Assembly: GCA_951406725.2 (NCBI GenBank)
Contig: OX597841.1
Coordinates: forward strand, 21,142,001-21,206,000
Direction of reading: 5' to 3'
Source of the DNA: Octopus vulgaris
Taxonomy: Eukaryota
DNA length: 64,000 bases
Shown: positions 50,789 through 63,850 of the stretch, one piece after another
How positions within the stretch are numbered: position 1 is the first letter of the stretch
How the letters are laid out: every line of letters begins with the position of its first letter
Notes under the pieces: model-generated
Seen by the model: only the letters and a program-made list of their open reading frames with translations
The model's database searches: none
What the model was told of the DNA's origin: nothing
Translations under genes and position numbers: made by a program

Positions 50789-51111
50789 ATAGAAATATTA
50801 AAATTACTAAGTCTCTCTAAAGGAGATTACGGCAGCGTTACTCGATATTAATAGTTATCGCCATACTAATATGGCAGTCTTATAAATATAAGACTAAAGC
50901 TGTTGCTGGTTAGCTCCAAGAGGCCACCGCCTCAAGCTAGCTATTTGACACATGAACCTGCGTCCATTACAAACCTTCAAACAGGTTTGTAATGGACGCA
51001 GGTTAGTGTGTCAAATAGCTAGCTAGAGGCGATGGCCTCTTGCAGCTAATCAGCAGCAGCTTTAGTCTTATATTTATAGACTACCATATTAGTATGGCGA
51101 TAACTATTAAT
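50789..51111 (-). mobile_element. Foldback element (arms ~50845-50976/50983-51113) with one-sided tail and 12-bp target-site duplication
   Basis: ATTCTTTTAATT at 50777-50788 and 51112-51123. Confidence 0.8.
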
Positions 51112-51747
51112 ATTCTTTTAATTGTTTTCCAGAAATAAATCTTTTGAAAATGATCGTGTCTATATACTTTTGACATGTGTGTGTGTGTATATTCCTTTTT
51201 TTTTTTTGATGGTCATTTGTTTTGTTTTGTTTTCTTCTTTCCAAATAAACACAGACACTCTATATTTGTTCTTCAGTTGTTTATGATTGCTCTTATTACA
51301 TCTTATGTCCATCGTCTGGAAATCTTTCATCGCACATCTGTAACCACTTCAGTGGCCCTTTCTATCCATGTGCATCCTCCAGTTCTCCTTAGTCCATTCC
51401 AAGTACACATGGATGGAGAGGATCGCTAAAGAGGTCGCAGATGTGTGACAAAAGTTTTCCAGGCAATGGACATATAAAATAAGAACAGTTTCAACACACG
51501 AATCTTACAATAGAAATTCATAAACATACGACACATCTGAAAAGTAAATAGATAGCCTTCATTATCCCGGCTATCTGTGTGGACCCTATTCATTATTATG
51601 ATTCCCAAACAGGTTAAATCCTTACAGGCTGAGCAAAACATGTCTATGTACTGAATACTATGAGAGATTAAATGTTCTTAAATGCAACAAATGACATTAT
51701 TTTGTTTCTAGAAATAAATCTTTCAAAAATGATGTCTGTGTATGTAA

Positions 51748-51815
<68 letters not shown>

Positions 51816-51871
51816 ATAAATCCTTAAAATCCTTAAAAATGTTTTAGCCCGAAGGCTACATATATATATTT

Positions 51872-52142
51872 TATAGTATAAAGTATCCATCACAGCTGGT
51901 CTTACAAATCGGTTTCACATACAGAGCAGTCCCCATATTCCCTTCTATATTCGCTATCTCTGATGATTGTAGCGTTATATAATTGGATTGTTACCTAACA
52001 CTCCATTGTATTCATGACATGAAACTGATTGGTAAGACCAGCTGTGATGAATACTTAATACTATAGATTTTGGATAATATAACCTCTCTACTGACAGATA
52101 TACGAGTGCATCTTTTCCCTGACTCATCGTCTTTTAGATGAC
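51872..52142 (+). mobile_element. Foldback-plus-tail element in (TA)n
   Basis: Arms ~51872-51917/52020-52065, tail to 52142. Confidence 0.75.
51957..52037 (+). ncRNA. Type I hammerhead motif, intact core, weakened stems
   Basis: TCT-CTGATGA-TTGT..ACAT-GAAA-CTGATTGG-TA-AGA. Confidence 0.6.
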
Positions 52143-52199
52143 TATATATATATATATGTACATATATATATATATATATATGTTTATATATATATATGT

Positions 52200-52354
<155 letters not shown>

Positions 52355-52530
52355 TGATTTGTTGTCCTCTTTTCCTTAATGGATCTATGATGTCTTTAAT
52401 ATAATTTTTTTTTCTCTTTTCTTTCTTTTGCCATTTCCACTATGATACCACCACCACCACCACCAAATGCAATGGTCATTGAATACCAAAAAACAAAACT
52501 GGAAATCCGATAACCAAAACTTTGTTCTAG

Positions 52531-52779
52531 AAGAGTGGAGCCGACAGTTATACGTCTCAGGGTCGACAGAGCACCAACGACCAGAACGGGGACAGCGGCT
52601 ATGAAGCAAGCTCATCAAAGCCAGAAGGGGACGAAGAGATTACAGCCGAAAACACGGCGGACACCATCTCGCCGGACAGTCCGCAGCAGAAGGCTTCTTA
52701 TTTGCCCAGTAGCTCCCTCTCTTCGCACATGACCAATTCCAAACAGAGACTGTTGCAGAACGGGGAATTAAATGTCTGA
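52531..52779 (+). CDS. Terminal coding exon F, phase 0, 82 aa (KSGADSYTSQ..DSGYEASSSK..RLLQNGELNV*)
   Basis: CTTTGTTCTAG acceptor, 249-nt stop-terminated open frame lacking an early ATG (absent from ORF track), GC-rich unique sequence, in phase with exons C/D. Confidence 0.8.
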   Translation, partial: KSGADSYTSQGRQSTNDQNGDSGYEASSSKPEGDEEITAENTADTISPDSPQQKASYLPSSSLSSHMTNSKQRLLQNGELNV

Positions 52780-53203
52780 CATGGTGTCGAGGGAGGAGAG
52801 GGATGATGTTGAGAGAAAAAGAGAACGTTGATGGGGGGAGGGAGGGAGGGGTCAGACGAAGTGTTGGACAAGTCAATTTGGTGGGGTGGGGGGTGGGTAG
52901 GTGGGACAGTAAGACAATGATGCTTTGGCATAATAATAATAATAATGATAATAATGATGCTAATAATAATAATAATAATGATACAGATAATTGTTTTGAA
53001 TTTTGGCACAAGGCCAACAGTTTTAGGGGCAGCGGGGTTTTAGTCAATTACATTAACCCCAGCTTTTGTCATCTGGTCCCTTATTTTATTGACCAGGAAA
53101 AAGATGAAAATGAAGTAATTGAAAAAAAAAATGATAATCATGATACAAAACAATCCTTGAACATACGTATAAATGTGTGTTTGTATATGTGTGTGTGTGT
53201 ATG

Positions 53204-53256
<53 letters not shown>

Positions 53257-53514
53257 TATAAATATATACATGTGTGTGTGTACCGAGATTGATATAGCCT
53301 TTGAGAGTCTATGCTACAGCATGGCCACAGTCCAAAGACTTTAACTAGTAAGAGACTAAAAGACCATAGCCACACATCTTTCTGCATTTACATACATATA
53401 TGTAAACACAAACATGTATGCATACATATATATATACACTCATGCACACACATCGATACCCACATACATACTTACAAACACACACACATATATATATATA
53501 TAAATATATATATA

Positions 53515-53560
<46 letters not shown>

Positions 53561-53924
53561 CACATCCACACATCACTACACACAAGCATACATATATATA
53601 TATATACATTTATATATATATATAAACACACACGGAATCGACCTTCGGTTTATGAATTTAATATGTCCCTCAAGGCCGTTTGTAAGCTGAAATGCTGAAA
53701 TGCTTGTAAACCAAGGCTATTTTTCTCCATTGGGAATTCAAGAGGAGGCACCATGAACTCGGGCCCGGGATGTGCACTGAGGGGAACCCAGACACCAACT
53801 GACATTCTCCTGCTGATAGACCCAACTTGCTACCAACCGTTGAGGTTGGCTCGCACGTTTCTTACCCGAGACGTCCTTCGTCAACTCAGATGTTTTATTT
53901 CCGATAAACTGTTCATGAACCAAG

Positions 53925-53960
<36 letters not shown>

Positions 53961-54181
53961 TATCACTGCAAACAGCTATTTATGCATGTCACTGTAATTA
54001 ATGATGCGGATTTCAATTAATTAATTAATTCATGTACAAAAATAAAACCAGCCAACAATGTTTTTATTTCTGTGTGTGTGAGTTTGTTAAACATTTGTGT
54101 ACACCTGCTATTCAGTATATATATGTATATGTATGTATATATATATGTATACATATACATATATATATGTATATGTATATA

Positions 54182-54215
<34 letters not shown>

Positions 54216-54297
54216 CATACATATGTGTGTGCATAAATGTGTATGTATATATAAATATAGCTATATATACAAGCATCAATATATATATATATATATA

Positions 54298-54359
<62 letters not shown>

Positions 54360-54445
54360 CATGCACAAATACACACGCATTTATATACAAATATGGGTAT
54401 ATGTATATATATATTTATGTATACATGTATATATTTACATATATA

Positions 54446-54478
<33 letters not shown>

Positions 54479-54736
54479 TAAAAGAAATAAAGTATTCAGA
54501 AATCTGGATGGTTTTATATTTACAGATTTTTATTAATATGTCACATGTATTTATAAATCATATATTAGCGCTTGCATCTACTCTAGTAGACTCTTCAGAG
54601 AAGATGCAAGCACTAATATATGATTTATAAAAACGTGTGACATATTAATAAAAATCTGTAAATATAAACCCATCCAGATTTCTGAATACTTTATTTCTTT
54701 TATATATGATACCTGTACATCACTTCCAAACCTTCT

Positions 54737-54740
<4 letters not shown>
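54479..54740 (+). mobile_element. Foldback-plus-tail element in (TA)n, in probable 3' UTR
   Basis: ~100-bp imperfect arms 54479-54578/54602-54702; minus-strand CTGAAGA-GTC remnant in spacer. Confidence 0.75.
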
Positions 54741-54778
<38 letters not shown>

Positions 54779-55261
54779 ATAGAGGATAAAACTTTTTTGA
54801 AAAAATTTTATCAGTCGCCAGCATATAAAATGAAACCAGTTAAGGTGAAAATTATATTTATAATTACAATTAGGACTTAGTAAAATTTACTAGACTCTAT
54901 ACTGAGAAATAGACTTGAAATTGTTTCAACTCTTGTTTGAGTGGTGAAGCAATTTAGAGTCTATCTCGCAATATATAGGCTAGACAATTTTTCTCAGCCC
55001 TTATTATAATTACACACACACACACACACACACACACATATGCACACATGCAAATGTATATATGTTTGGATCTATGTATAGAGTTCTGTGTACGTGTCTA
55101 CATATTGGCGTGTGGGTGTTTATATGGGGTAAATATGTATGGATGGACGTAAGTATACTTATGTATGAGTAAGTGTAAATTTTTTCTTCATTTTTCATAT
55201 TTTTTATTTAAAAGAGTAAATAAAGACAACTACAACAAAAAAAGAAAACAAAAAAATGAAC

Positions 55262-55295
<34 letters not shown>

Positions 55296-55494
55296 ATATA
55301 CAATGATTTAAATATATAGAGAGATATAATATACATACATATATTGTATATACAGATATATATATATACACATATGTAAGCATACATTCATAGACACACA
55401 CACACACACATATATATACATAAATATATTGTATATACATATATTTTATAATATATTGTATATATAAAAGTGTATTATATAATTACAGAAAAAC

Positions 55495-55500
55495 AATAAA
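55495..55500 (+). terminator. Candidate polyadenylation signal for the long isoform
   Basis: AATAAA followed ~25 nt later by GT/T-rich GTTGTTTCTTATTTTCTT. Confidence 0.35.
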
Positions 55501-55547
55501 CTTTATGTCAAAATATATACAAGAGTTGTTTCTTATTTTCTTATAAA

Positions 55548-56062
55548 CTAGCAGTATCGCCCGGCGTTGCTCGGGTTTGTAAGGGAAATAACTATATAAG
55601 CATTTTTAGAGAGTTACTTCCCTTATAGATGCCAATTCGGGCTTTCTTAGCCATTTCTGTTTTGGTGTCTTCAAGCCATGAAGTCGTTGTTCTAAAAGAA
55701 CGCTGCTCTCCTTGACAACGCTTTACGACGTTGATTTCCTTACATTCCCTTCCCCACAGCTTCACGAGAGAGGGAAGAAGGGGGAGAAGCAAACAGGTGC
55801 AGCTGTGAGCGTGGACGCCAACTCCGCCGCCATCGACACACGATGTATTTTATGCATTAAAATGGAATAAAAAATGATGTTAAATTATTTTTAAAATCGT
55901 AGACTCATCGTAGACGCGCGCTAATACCCAGACGGGCTCGATATGAATCACGACTATAAGATACCCGAATTTGGTTAAACTGCACCGCAAAATGTGGGAG
56001 TAGTTAGGAATCTAAATCGAAGGGGACAGACACTCACACAACTAGAGTTTTAAATATATAGA
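55548..56062 (-). mobile_element. Non-autonomous Helitron (inverted twin of 49353-49865)
   Basis: Same termini and body. Confidence 0.85.
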
Positions 56063-56065
56063 TAA

Positions 56066-56490
56066 GGGGTTGAGCTGGCCGAATCGGTAGCACGCTGGAC
56101 GGAATGCTTATCGGTATTTCACTTGCGGCGGCGAGCTGGCAGAAACGTTAGCGTGCCGGGCGAAATGCTTAGCGGTATTTCGTCTGCGTTACGTTGTGAG
56201 TTCAAATTCCGCCGAGGTCGACTTTGCCTTTCATCCTTTCGGGGTCGATAAATTAAGTACCAGTTACGCACTGGGGTCGATGTAATCGACTTAATACCTA
56301 TGTCTGTCCTTGTTTGTCCCCTCTGTGTTTAGCCCCTTGTGGGTAATAAAGAAATAGAAATAGGTATTTCACTTGTCTGAGTTCAAATTCTGCTGAAGTT
56401 GACTTTGCCTTTCATCCCTTCGGGGTCGTTAAATTAAGTATCAGTGAAAGACTGGGGTCGATTTCAGGCCTTGTGCCTATAATAAAAAGG
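56066..56490 (+). mobile_element. Older S2-related SINE with a young S2 (~56126-56361) nested inside
   Basis: GGTATTTCACTTG duplicated either side of the inner copy. Confidence 0.85.
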
Positions 56491-56820
56491 TCTCTTTTCT
56501 TCTACATATAAACCGTAGACTGTGATTTAAGGAAGATTCGGCTGCCATGTCTAGCAGGTCTTGCTGACATCATAAATTTCAATGGTTATTCGAAAACGAT
56601 TTTAATTGGCATTTCATAATCGTAATTTATGGACTAAAAGGAAGACAGTAGCACAAATATATATAGCATATATATATATATATAGCATATATAGTAGCTA
56701 AATTACATCTATAAAACCTTTCAAAGCTGTGTCTCAGCACGACTGCAGTCAAATGGTTGAAAGAAGTGTAGATAAAACATCTAAAAAATGGTGCGTATAT
56801 GTATATACATATATGTATAG

Positions 56821-57081
56821 ATCACGTGACCGACCAGACCATCAGATGTTGTTACACATCGCTGGTCACAATGCGTTCGCATTGTTTTAGCCTTCGAATG
56901 ACGCCACCCCGCTGGCTAAGTGAGCAGGCCAACAGAAGAAAGAGTACAGTAGGGATCAGCACCCCCTGCCGGAGCCCCGTGGAGCTTTTAGGTGTTTTCG
57001 CTCAATAAATACTCACAACGCCCGGCCTGGGAATCGAAACCGCGAGCCCGCTGCCCTAACCACTGGGCCATTGCGCCTCCA
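56821..57081 (-). mobile_element. SINE S4
   Basis: Homologous to 27588-27891. Confidence 0.85.
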
Positions 57082-57105
57082 CATATGTATATAAATATAC
57101 ATATG

Positions 57106-57263
<158 letters not shown>

Positions 57264-57457
57264 AGTTAATCCAAACATGAAAGCACAAAAAAACACAATA
57301 ACGCGAGGACGTGAAACAAATATAGTATTATTGGACGCTCAGGAAAGAAGGAGGGTGTAACGTTTCGAGCGGAGCTCTTCGTCGGAGACATAGGGGAAGG
57401 AAAGATCCAGAGAAGGGAAGACAGAGGGAAAAAAATCGCAAACGGTACACACGAGGT

Positions 57458-57525
<68 letters not shown>

Positions 57526-57794
57526 AATCAGCCGTCATTAGACGACGTATGAGGGTTCGAGATGATTTGCTTATAGTGATCAAATGTTTGTGTACAAATA
57601 AGCTCACTCCCTCCATCAGATCGGCATTACCTGTACAGGTGCGAACTGGGTGTCACATGTCAGGTGTCGAAGTGGTCGCAGAGCAACGTGAAAGGAAGTG
57701 CTTTACGCAAGGACACAATGCAACGCCCGATCTGGGAATTGAACTCATGATCTCGCAGCTGCTGTGAGTGCAACACCTTAACCACTGAGCCATT

Positions 57795-58865
57795 CGAGGG
57801 TGGGTGGGTGGGGTCGGTACCCAAATGTAACCGGAAACGTTGTACTTCATGTTTCCGCCGCTAGAAGCCACTTGATGCAACCTATTTCTTTATTACCCAC
57901 AAGGGGCTAAACACAGAGAGGACAAACAAGGACAGACATAGGTATTAAGTCGATTACATCAACCCCAGTGCGTAACTGGTACTTAATTTATCGACCCCGA
58001 AAGGATGAAAGGCAAAGTCGACCTCGGCGGAATTTGAACTCACAACGTAACGGCAGACAAAATACAGCTACGCATTTCGCCCGGCGTGCTAACGATTCTG
58101 CCAGCCACTTGATGCAACCGTCAGGCATCAATCTACCAACAGGCATTGTCCAGTGAGGTTGTGCCGCCATATGGTCCATCTTTGTTTTGCAGTATTTCTC
58201 CCCTGTTTGTTAATTTTTGTGATGGCCGAAATGAAGGATTAGCGTGCCTCCGAGAAATTTTGTTTTCGACTGGGGTAAACGGTGGCCGAAACGGTTGTCA
58301 TGTTTCAAACAGCTTCTAAGGACGCTGCCACGAAGAAAGAAACGAGTTTACGAGTGGTTCTCACGCTTTAGGAAAGGTCACTTGTCGGTTGAAGATCGAT
58401 CTTGTTCAGGGCGACCGTCACCCTCCCGAACAAATTAAAAACATCATAAAAACTCATGAATTGATCTTAGTGGACCGTCACTGAACAATTCACGAACTCG
58501 TTGATATGACTGGAGCGTCTTTGAGTGAAGAATTGCGAATGGAAAGAGTTGCAGCAAAACTTGTGCCTCGCTTGCTCAGGGTAGATCAAAAGCAGTCACG
58601 ACTGAATGCATCGTTGGTGAGGAAAGCTGGTGCCAGGGAATTTGCAGATGTAGAGGAGGTGAAGGAAAAAGAAAAATACGACGGAGGCGTTAAAAGGCAT
58701 CACTTCACAAGAGTTCCAGGACTGTTTTGAACAGTGGAAAACGCGTTTGGGTCTCTGCATTGCTTCAGATGGAGAATACTTTGAAGGTGATAAAAGTGTT
58801 AATATGCAAAACTAAGTGAATAAAGTAATATTGTAAAATTCCGGTTTCTTTTATGTACCCCGTCG
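57795..58865 (+). mobile_element. Decayed, internally deleted mariner transposon with an S2 SINE insertion (57880-58104, minus)
   Basis: VYEWFSRFRKGHLSVEDRSCSGRPS HTH motif; imperfect TIRs (GGTACCCAAATGTAACCGGAA / TTCCGGTTTCTTTTATGTACC); SINE flanked by AGCCACTTGATGCAACC duplication. Confidence 0.8.
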
Positions 58866-58925
58866 GGTACACACACACACACACACACACACGCATAAAT
58901 AGAGATGGGCAACTATGAATATATA

Positions 58926-59250
58926 TATTGGGTCATCCCATAAATAATGCGGTTTTTCCAATTGCATGAACTAAAAGTTGGAGGGGGACGGGGGTAAACT
59001 ACCTGCATCAACTTGCTATAAAAGCAGGTAATAATTTTACTCCGGCCTTATTCTTTGTGCATGTTTTAAAGAGTGCAGTTTGGTTTTAACAGCTATAATG
59101 GAATTAACAAACGAGCATATTCAGCATATTTTGCCTTATGAGTTCAATAAAGGCAACAATGCAATGGAAATTGTGAGGAATATTGATGCAGTAAATGGGG
59201 ATCGGACAATAAATGTAAGTCAGTGTCAACGGTGGTTCCAGAATTTCCAA
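58926..59250 (+). mobile_element. Second mariner 5' fragment
   Basis: TIR-like TATTGGGTCATCCCATAA; HIQHILPYEFNKGNNA..QCQRWFQNF resembles mariner N-terminal HTH. Confidence 0.75.
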
Positions 59251-59566
59251 AATACAGGTCCAGATACTGCAACAGCTTGGGTTTCAGAGGACCACAGCTC
59301 TTTAACATCCTCCCTAAATGCCTGAGAGACTTACATGGTGTGGATGTGGGTTTCTTTAAAACTAAACTGGATCTCTTCTTGTCGGGGGTCCCAGATGAAC
59401 CTACCTTACGACAGGAGACACAGATGCGGGCAGCAGCATCGAACTCTCTTGTTGATCAAGTGCCACGTATCAGAGGTGGATTCACAAATTAGTGTAGCTC
59501 ATTCAGCGGTGGTGCCCCAGCATGGCCGCGGCCTTCGGGCTAAAACATTTTAAAGGATTTAAGGAT
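59250..59566 (+). mobile_element. CR1-group LINE 3' end
   Basis: GPQLFNILP..FKTKLDLFL..PDEP..SNSL C-terminus, short UTR and TTTAAGGA-type tail; tail fragment also at 51818-51857 (-). Confidence 0.75.
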
Positions 59567-59693
59567 ATATATATATATATATATATTTAAATAAAGAGGG
59601 AGATACATTAATATTAATTTTAATATCAATTTAAAACCAGTAGTCTAGCATACAAAAAATCTGAGAAGTCAGAGAAAATTCTAATATATGTGT

Positions 59694-60028
59694 ATATTGA
59701 CAGGGCAAGACTGCTAGGTAGTCGGCCGTATGCTAGAAATAGATCATCAACGATCAAACTACAAAGAAAGTTCTCTAGAGGAAAAATTCAGCGAACACCA
59801 GAACCAAATTTGGCGGGCAGGACAGATGGAAATTTATATAAAAAACAGAATTAATTGCATACCTCGGTTTCGGCCTTTAACAAAAGAATTACTTACATAA
59901 TTCAAATGTCCGTGGCCTCATCAGTACAATCGTTCAGTGTAAATGCATTCTGAAAAACTAACCCCAGCTTTCTGATCGTTGATGATCTATTTCTAGCATA
60001 CGGCCGACTACCTAGCAGTCTTTCCCTG

Positions 60029-60035
<7 letters not shown>
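59694..60035 (-). mobile_element. Foldback element with 63-bp arms enclosing a hammerhead
   Basis: Arms 59694-59756/59973-60035; (TA)n tract on the right flank. Confidence 0.8.
59853..59931 (-). ncRNA. Type I hammerhead ribozyme motif, canonical core, extended stem II
   Basis: GATTGTA-CTGATGA-GGCC..GAATTA/TAATTC..GGCC-GAAA-CC-GA-GG-TA-TGCAATT. Confidence 0.8.
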
Positions 60036-60080
<45 letters not shown>

Positions 60081-60705
60081 TGTATGTGTGTCTGTGTCCC
60101 TCCACCATCGCTTGCCAATCGAGGTTGGTGTAGTTACGTCCCCGTAACTTAGTGATTATAAAATTTCCGTGTAGACCATTCAGGTAAGCATGCACAATCA
60201 CGTGCTTGTGTTATGTTAAAGGAGGAGTGGTCGGTGTGAACGTAGAAAATACAGATATATGCACACTGCTTTTTTTGGAGAGGTAGCTGTTTAAGAAAGT
60301 TAAAGACCTGATAACACTAATTAGATAAATCATCAAAGATGGTCCAAATCAGTTGCATATGTATGTCTTGTAATTGAGGGAGTCCCTGTTTTTCCCCAGG
60401 CAGTATTTGAACTTTGATTGGTGTACTCCAGTATTTTAACTTGTAGCAGTGATTCGAAACCTCAGCCTCTAGATAATTGGTCAGACGCCACATGAAAAGT
60501 ATCACAGTTTCACTTGGACGGTCCATTAAGCAACCAAGCAACATATGGCTGTGGCGTGATGTAGTTTTCTAGAATGCTTTTGTAGCCTATAAAAGACCGT
60601 TTTGCTGTTCAGCTTCTCACATACAGGCCAAGGACTTCTCCCTCTATGAAGGATTTGCGCAGTGGGATCGACCGGATGTTGTCACACAGATAATTTCAAA
60701 GTAGT

Positions 60706-60984
60706 TTCTCTCTCTCTCTCTCCCTCCCTCCCTCCCCCCTCTCTCTCTCTCCATCTCTCTCCCCCTCTCTCTCTCTTTCTCTCCCTCCCCCTCTCTCACT
60801 CTCTCCCTCCCCTCTCACTCTCTCTCCCCACTCTCTCTCCCCACTCTCTCTCTCTTTCTCTCCCTCTCTCTCTCTCTTTCTCTCTCTCCCTCTCTCCCCC
60901 TCTCTCACTCACTCTCTCCCCCTCTCTCTCTCCCTCTCTCTCACTCACTCTCTCCCCCTCACTCTCCCCCTCTCTCTCTCTCTC
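60706..60984. repeat. Imperfect (CT)n polypyrimidine tract
   Basis: Directly visible. Confidence 0.9.
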
Positions 60985-61634
60985 AGTCAGCAAATATTTA
61001 TGTCATTCATTGTAAGTAGCTAACATCCAATACCTTTAAATGTCCTGCAAAGAAATATTTCAGTTAAATGTTCGCAAATGTGTTTTAGGTATTATTCACA
61101 CAACCAGCAAAACCTTTCCATTTACCAACTCAAAAGTACATTGCAGCAATAAACCAGTTTTATTCTTCGATTCAAAAGAATTACATTGAAAAACAAAAAA
61201 TATATATATATATTAAGTGCATATGTGTATATATATACATATATATATATATATATCAAGTGCATTTGTATCTTTGTGTCTATGTTTGTCCTCATATCGC
61301 TTGACAACCGGTGTTGGTACATTAACATCGCCGAGACCGATAGAAAAATACTAGACTTTAAAAATAATAAGCACCGGGGTCGATTCATTGTACTTAAAAT
61401 GCTTCAAGGCTGTGCTCCAGCATGACCGCGAGCTAATGACCGAAAAAGTAAAAGATAAAAGATGAGAAGAAAATTGAGTTTTATGGACTGAAAAATATGG
61501 TCTTAAACATCATCGGTGATCCTCGAAGACATTATTTTTCTTTTACTTTTCATCTGTAAGTTCGCTCCTGATGTTCTCCACATTTACTTCATTGCCAGAA
61601 CTTGAATCTGGAAATATAAGGAGAAATCGTTATG

Positions 61635-62014
61635 AATAATAACTCTGAGCACCTTTTCAAACTTCACCCGTCTAACACCCGTGGACATGTTTACAAAGTC
61701 AGAAAACAGCACAGCTCCCATGACTTCAGGAAACATTTTTTCACGCTAAGAGTTGCTGAAGCATGGAACAAACTGCCGGCATCGGTTGTTAGTTGTCGGA
61801 GCACTGCATCCTTCAAAACTTCCATGCTTCCTGAGATTCGCCAACACTACACTTGATTTTCTCCCCTCCATACACACACAAGCATGTATCTGACTCATAC
61901 ACTGTTCACTTTCCAGACATTTCTACATTACTGCATGTACTTTATATGCACTTTCTGACAAGTTGTGGTGCACCTGAGCACTGTATACAATAATTTCATT
62001 ATTATTATTATTAT
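61635..62014 (+). mobile_element. CR1-clade LINE 3' end
   Basis: TRGH..K..RKHFF..RV..WNKLP..FK motif, 3' UTR and (ATT)n tail. Confidence 0.85.
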
Positions 62015-62694
62015 ATAATTAATTTTTAAAATCAGTAATCCATGGGCCCTATATTTTATATACAGCTCCAATTGTCATTTACCGTTGCCTCATTCGAGAA
62101 AAGATCCGTCTGCAGGAGAGGCATGGATGGACAATACAGTTTATACTCAACATTTTAGATACAAGTTTATTACTTGTTCAAATATGTTTCTGGAATATTC
62201 GAATTCGTAACAAAGCCATTCACTGTGTTTTGTCATGGAGAAAATTTCTCGCTGTAGACAAAGGGTGTAGATACACAAAAATCAGCTCACGGCGCCACCT
62301 ACCCAGACTGTGAGATGTAAGCATTTCGAAGTGGTTAGCTCTTCAGTCACAGAAACCAGACAGGGGGCGCTGTGAGATGATAAGAGAGATTGTTTCTCGT
62401 ATGCTATTCCCGCCATCGTACAATGACTGGTTGCGCTAATCGGCGGTTAACCGTAAAACAAATTGCGAGGTGCACAGTGTACCACACATGAGGTGTTGAA
62501 GTGGTGGCAAAGCAACACGAGATGAAGTGCTTTGCTCAAGAACACAACACAGCACCCGGTAAAGGAAGTGAATTCACAAAATTGCTTCCATTTCCTTTTC
62601 TTTCCAAGTAAATATGACTGCAATGAATCTAATGAAAATCTTCAATAATCAATTCTATATTACACAGAAATTATTTTTTGGGCAAAAATAGTAA

Positions 62695-63157
<463 letters not shown>

Positions 63158-63464
63158 TTATTATTTTAATGTGAGCAGTAGAAAGAGTTAGTAAGTAATA
63201 AGAATATAACAATAGAAGAGAAGAAGCGTTCACTAACTTTTACATTGCGGATATTCCAGTGTTGTTATTACTTTGCTTTCGTTATTGCCTGAATCTGACT
63301 GACACTCGGCCAGGACGTCCACATTTTTGATGTATGTTCTTGTCCTATTGCTAACAACGGCTGTCAGCTGACATCCACACATCGACACGTTGTTGCCTCT
63401 GAGGTTTCTGTAATTATAAAATAAAAAGAAGCTCTGAATAAAATTTGCCGGAATTCCTCATGAA

Positions 63465-63850
63465 CATACGACATATAGATGACATGAAAGATATCGATGA
63501 CATACAAGATACAGATGAGATACCAGATATATATGGCATTTGATATTGATGACATACGATGTGTCATACTAGATATGGAAGACATACCAGATATAGATGA
63601 CATACGACATATTGATGACATAAAATATAGGCAGACATATTAGACAGAGATGTCATACTACATATAGATGATATACCAGATATAGATGTTGTACTTGATA
63701 TTGATGGCATACGAAATATAGATGACATGTTTGGCATATCTGAGATACAAATATAGAGAGACATACTAGGCAGAGCTAATATACTACATATAAATGACAT
63801 CGAATATATATGTATATACGATGCATTAGATGCAGATGACACACTTGCTA
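63465..63850. repeat. Degenerate short-period repeat (ATATAGATGACAT-like)
   Basis: Recurrent ~18-bp motif. Confidence 0.7.

Noticed and set aside
52535-52732. Track ORF MEPTVIRLRV...
   Set aside because: Alternative frame over exon F; the phase-0 frame from the acceptor is longer and joins the upstream exons
53753-54001. 82-aa ORF in unique sequence
   Set aside because: No convincing splice sites, runs into (CA)n, and lies in the probable 3' UTR
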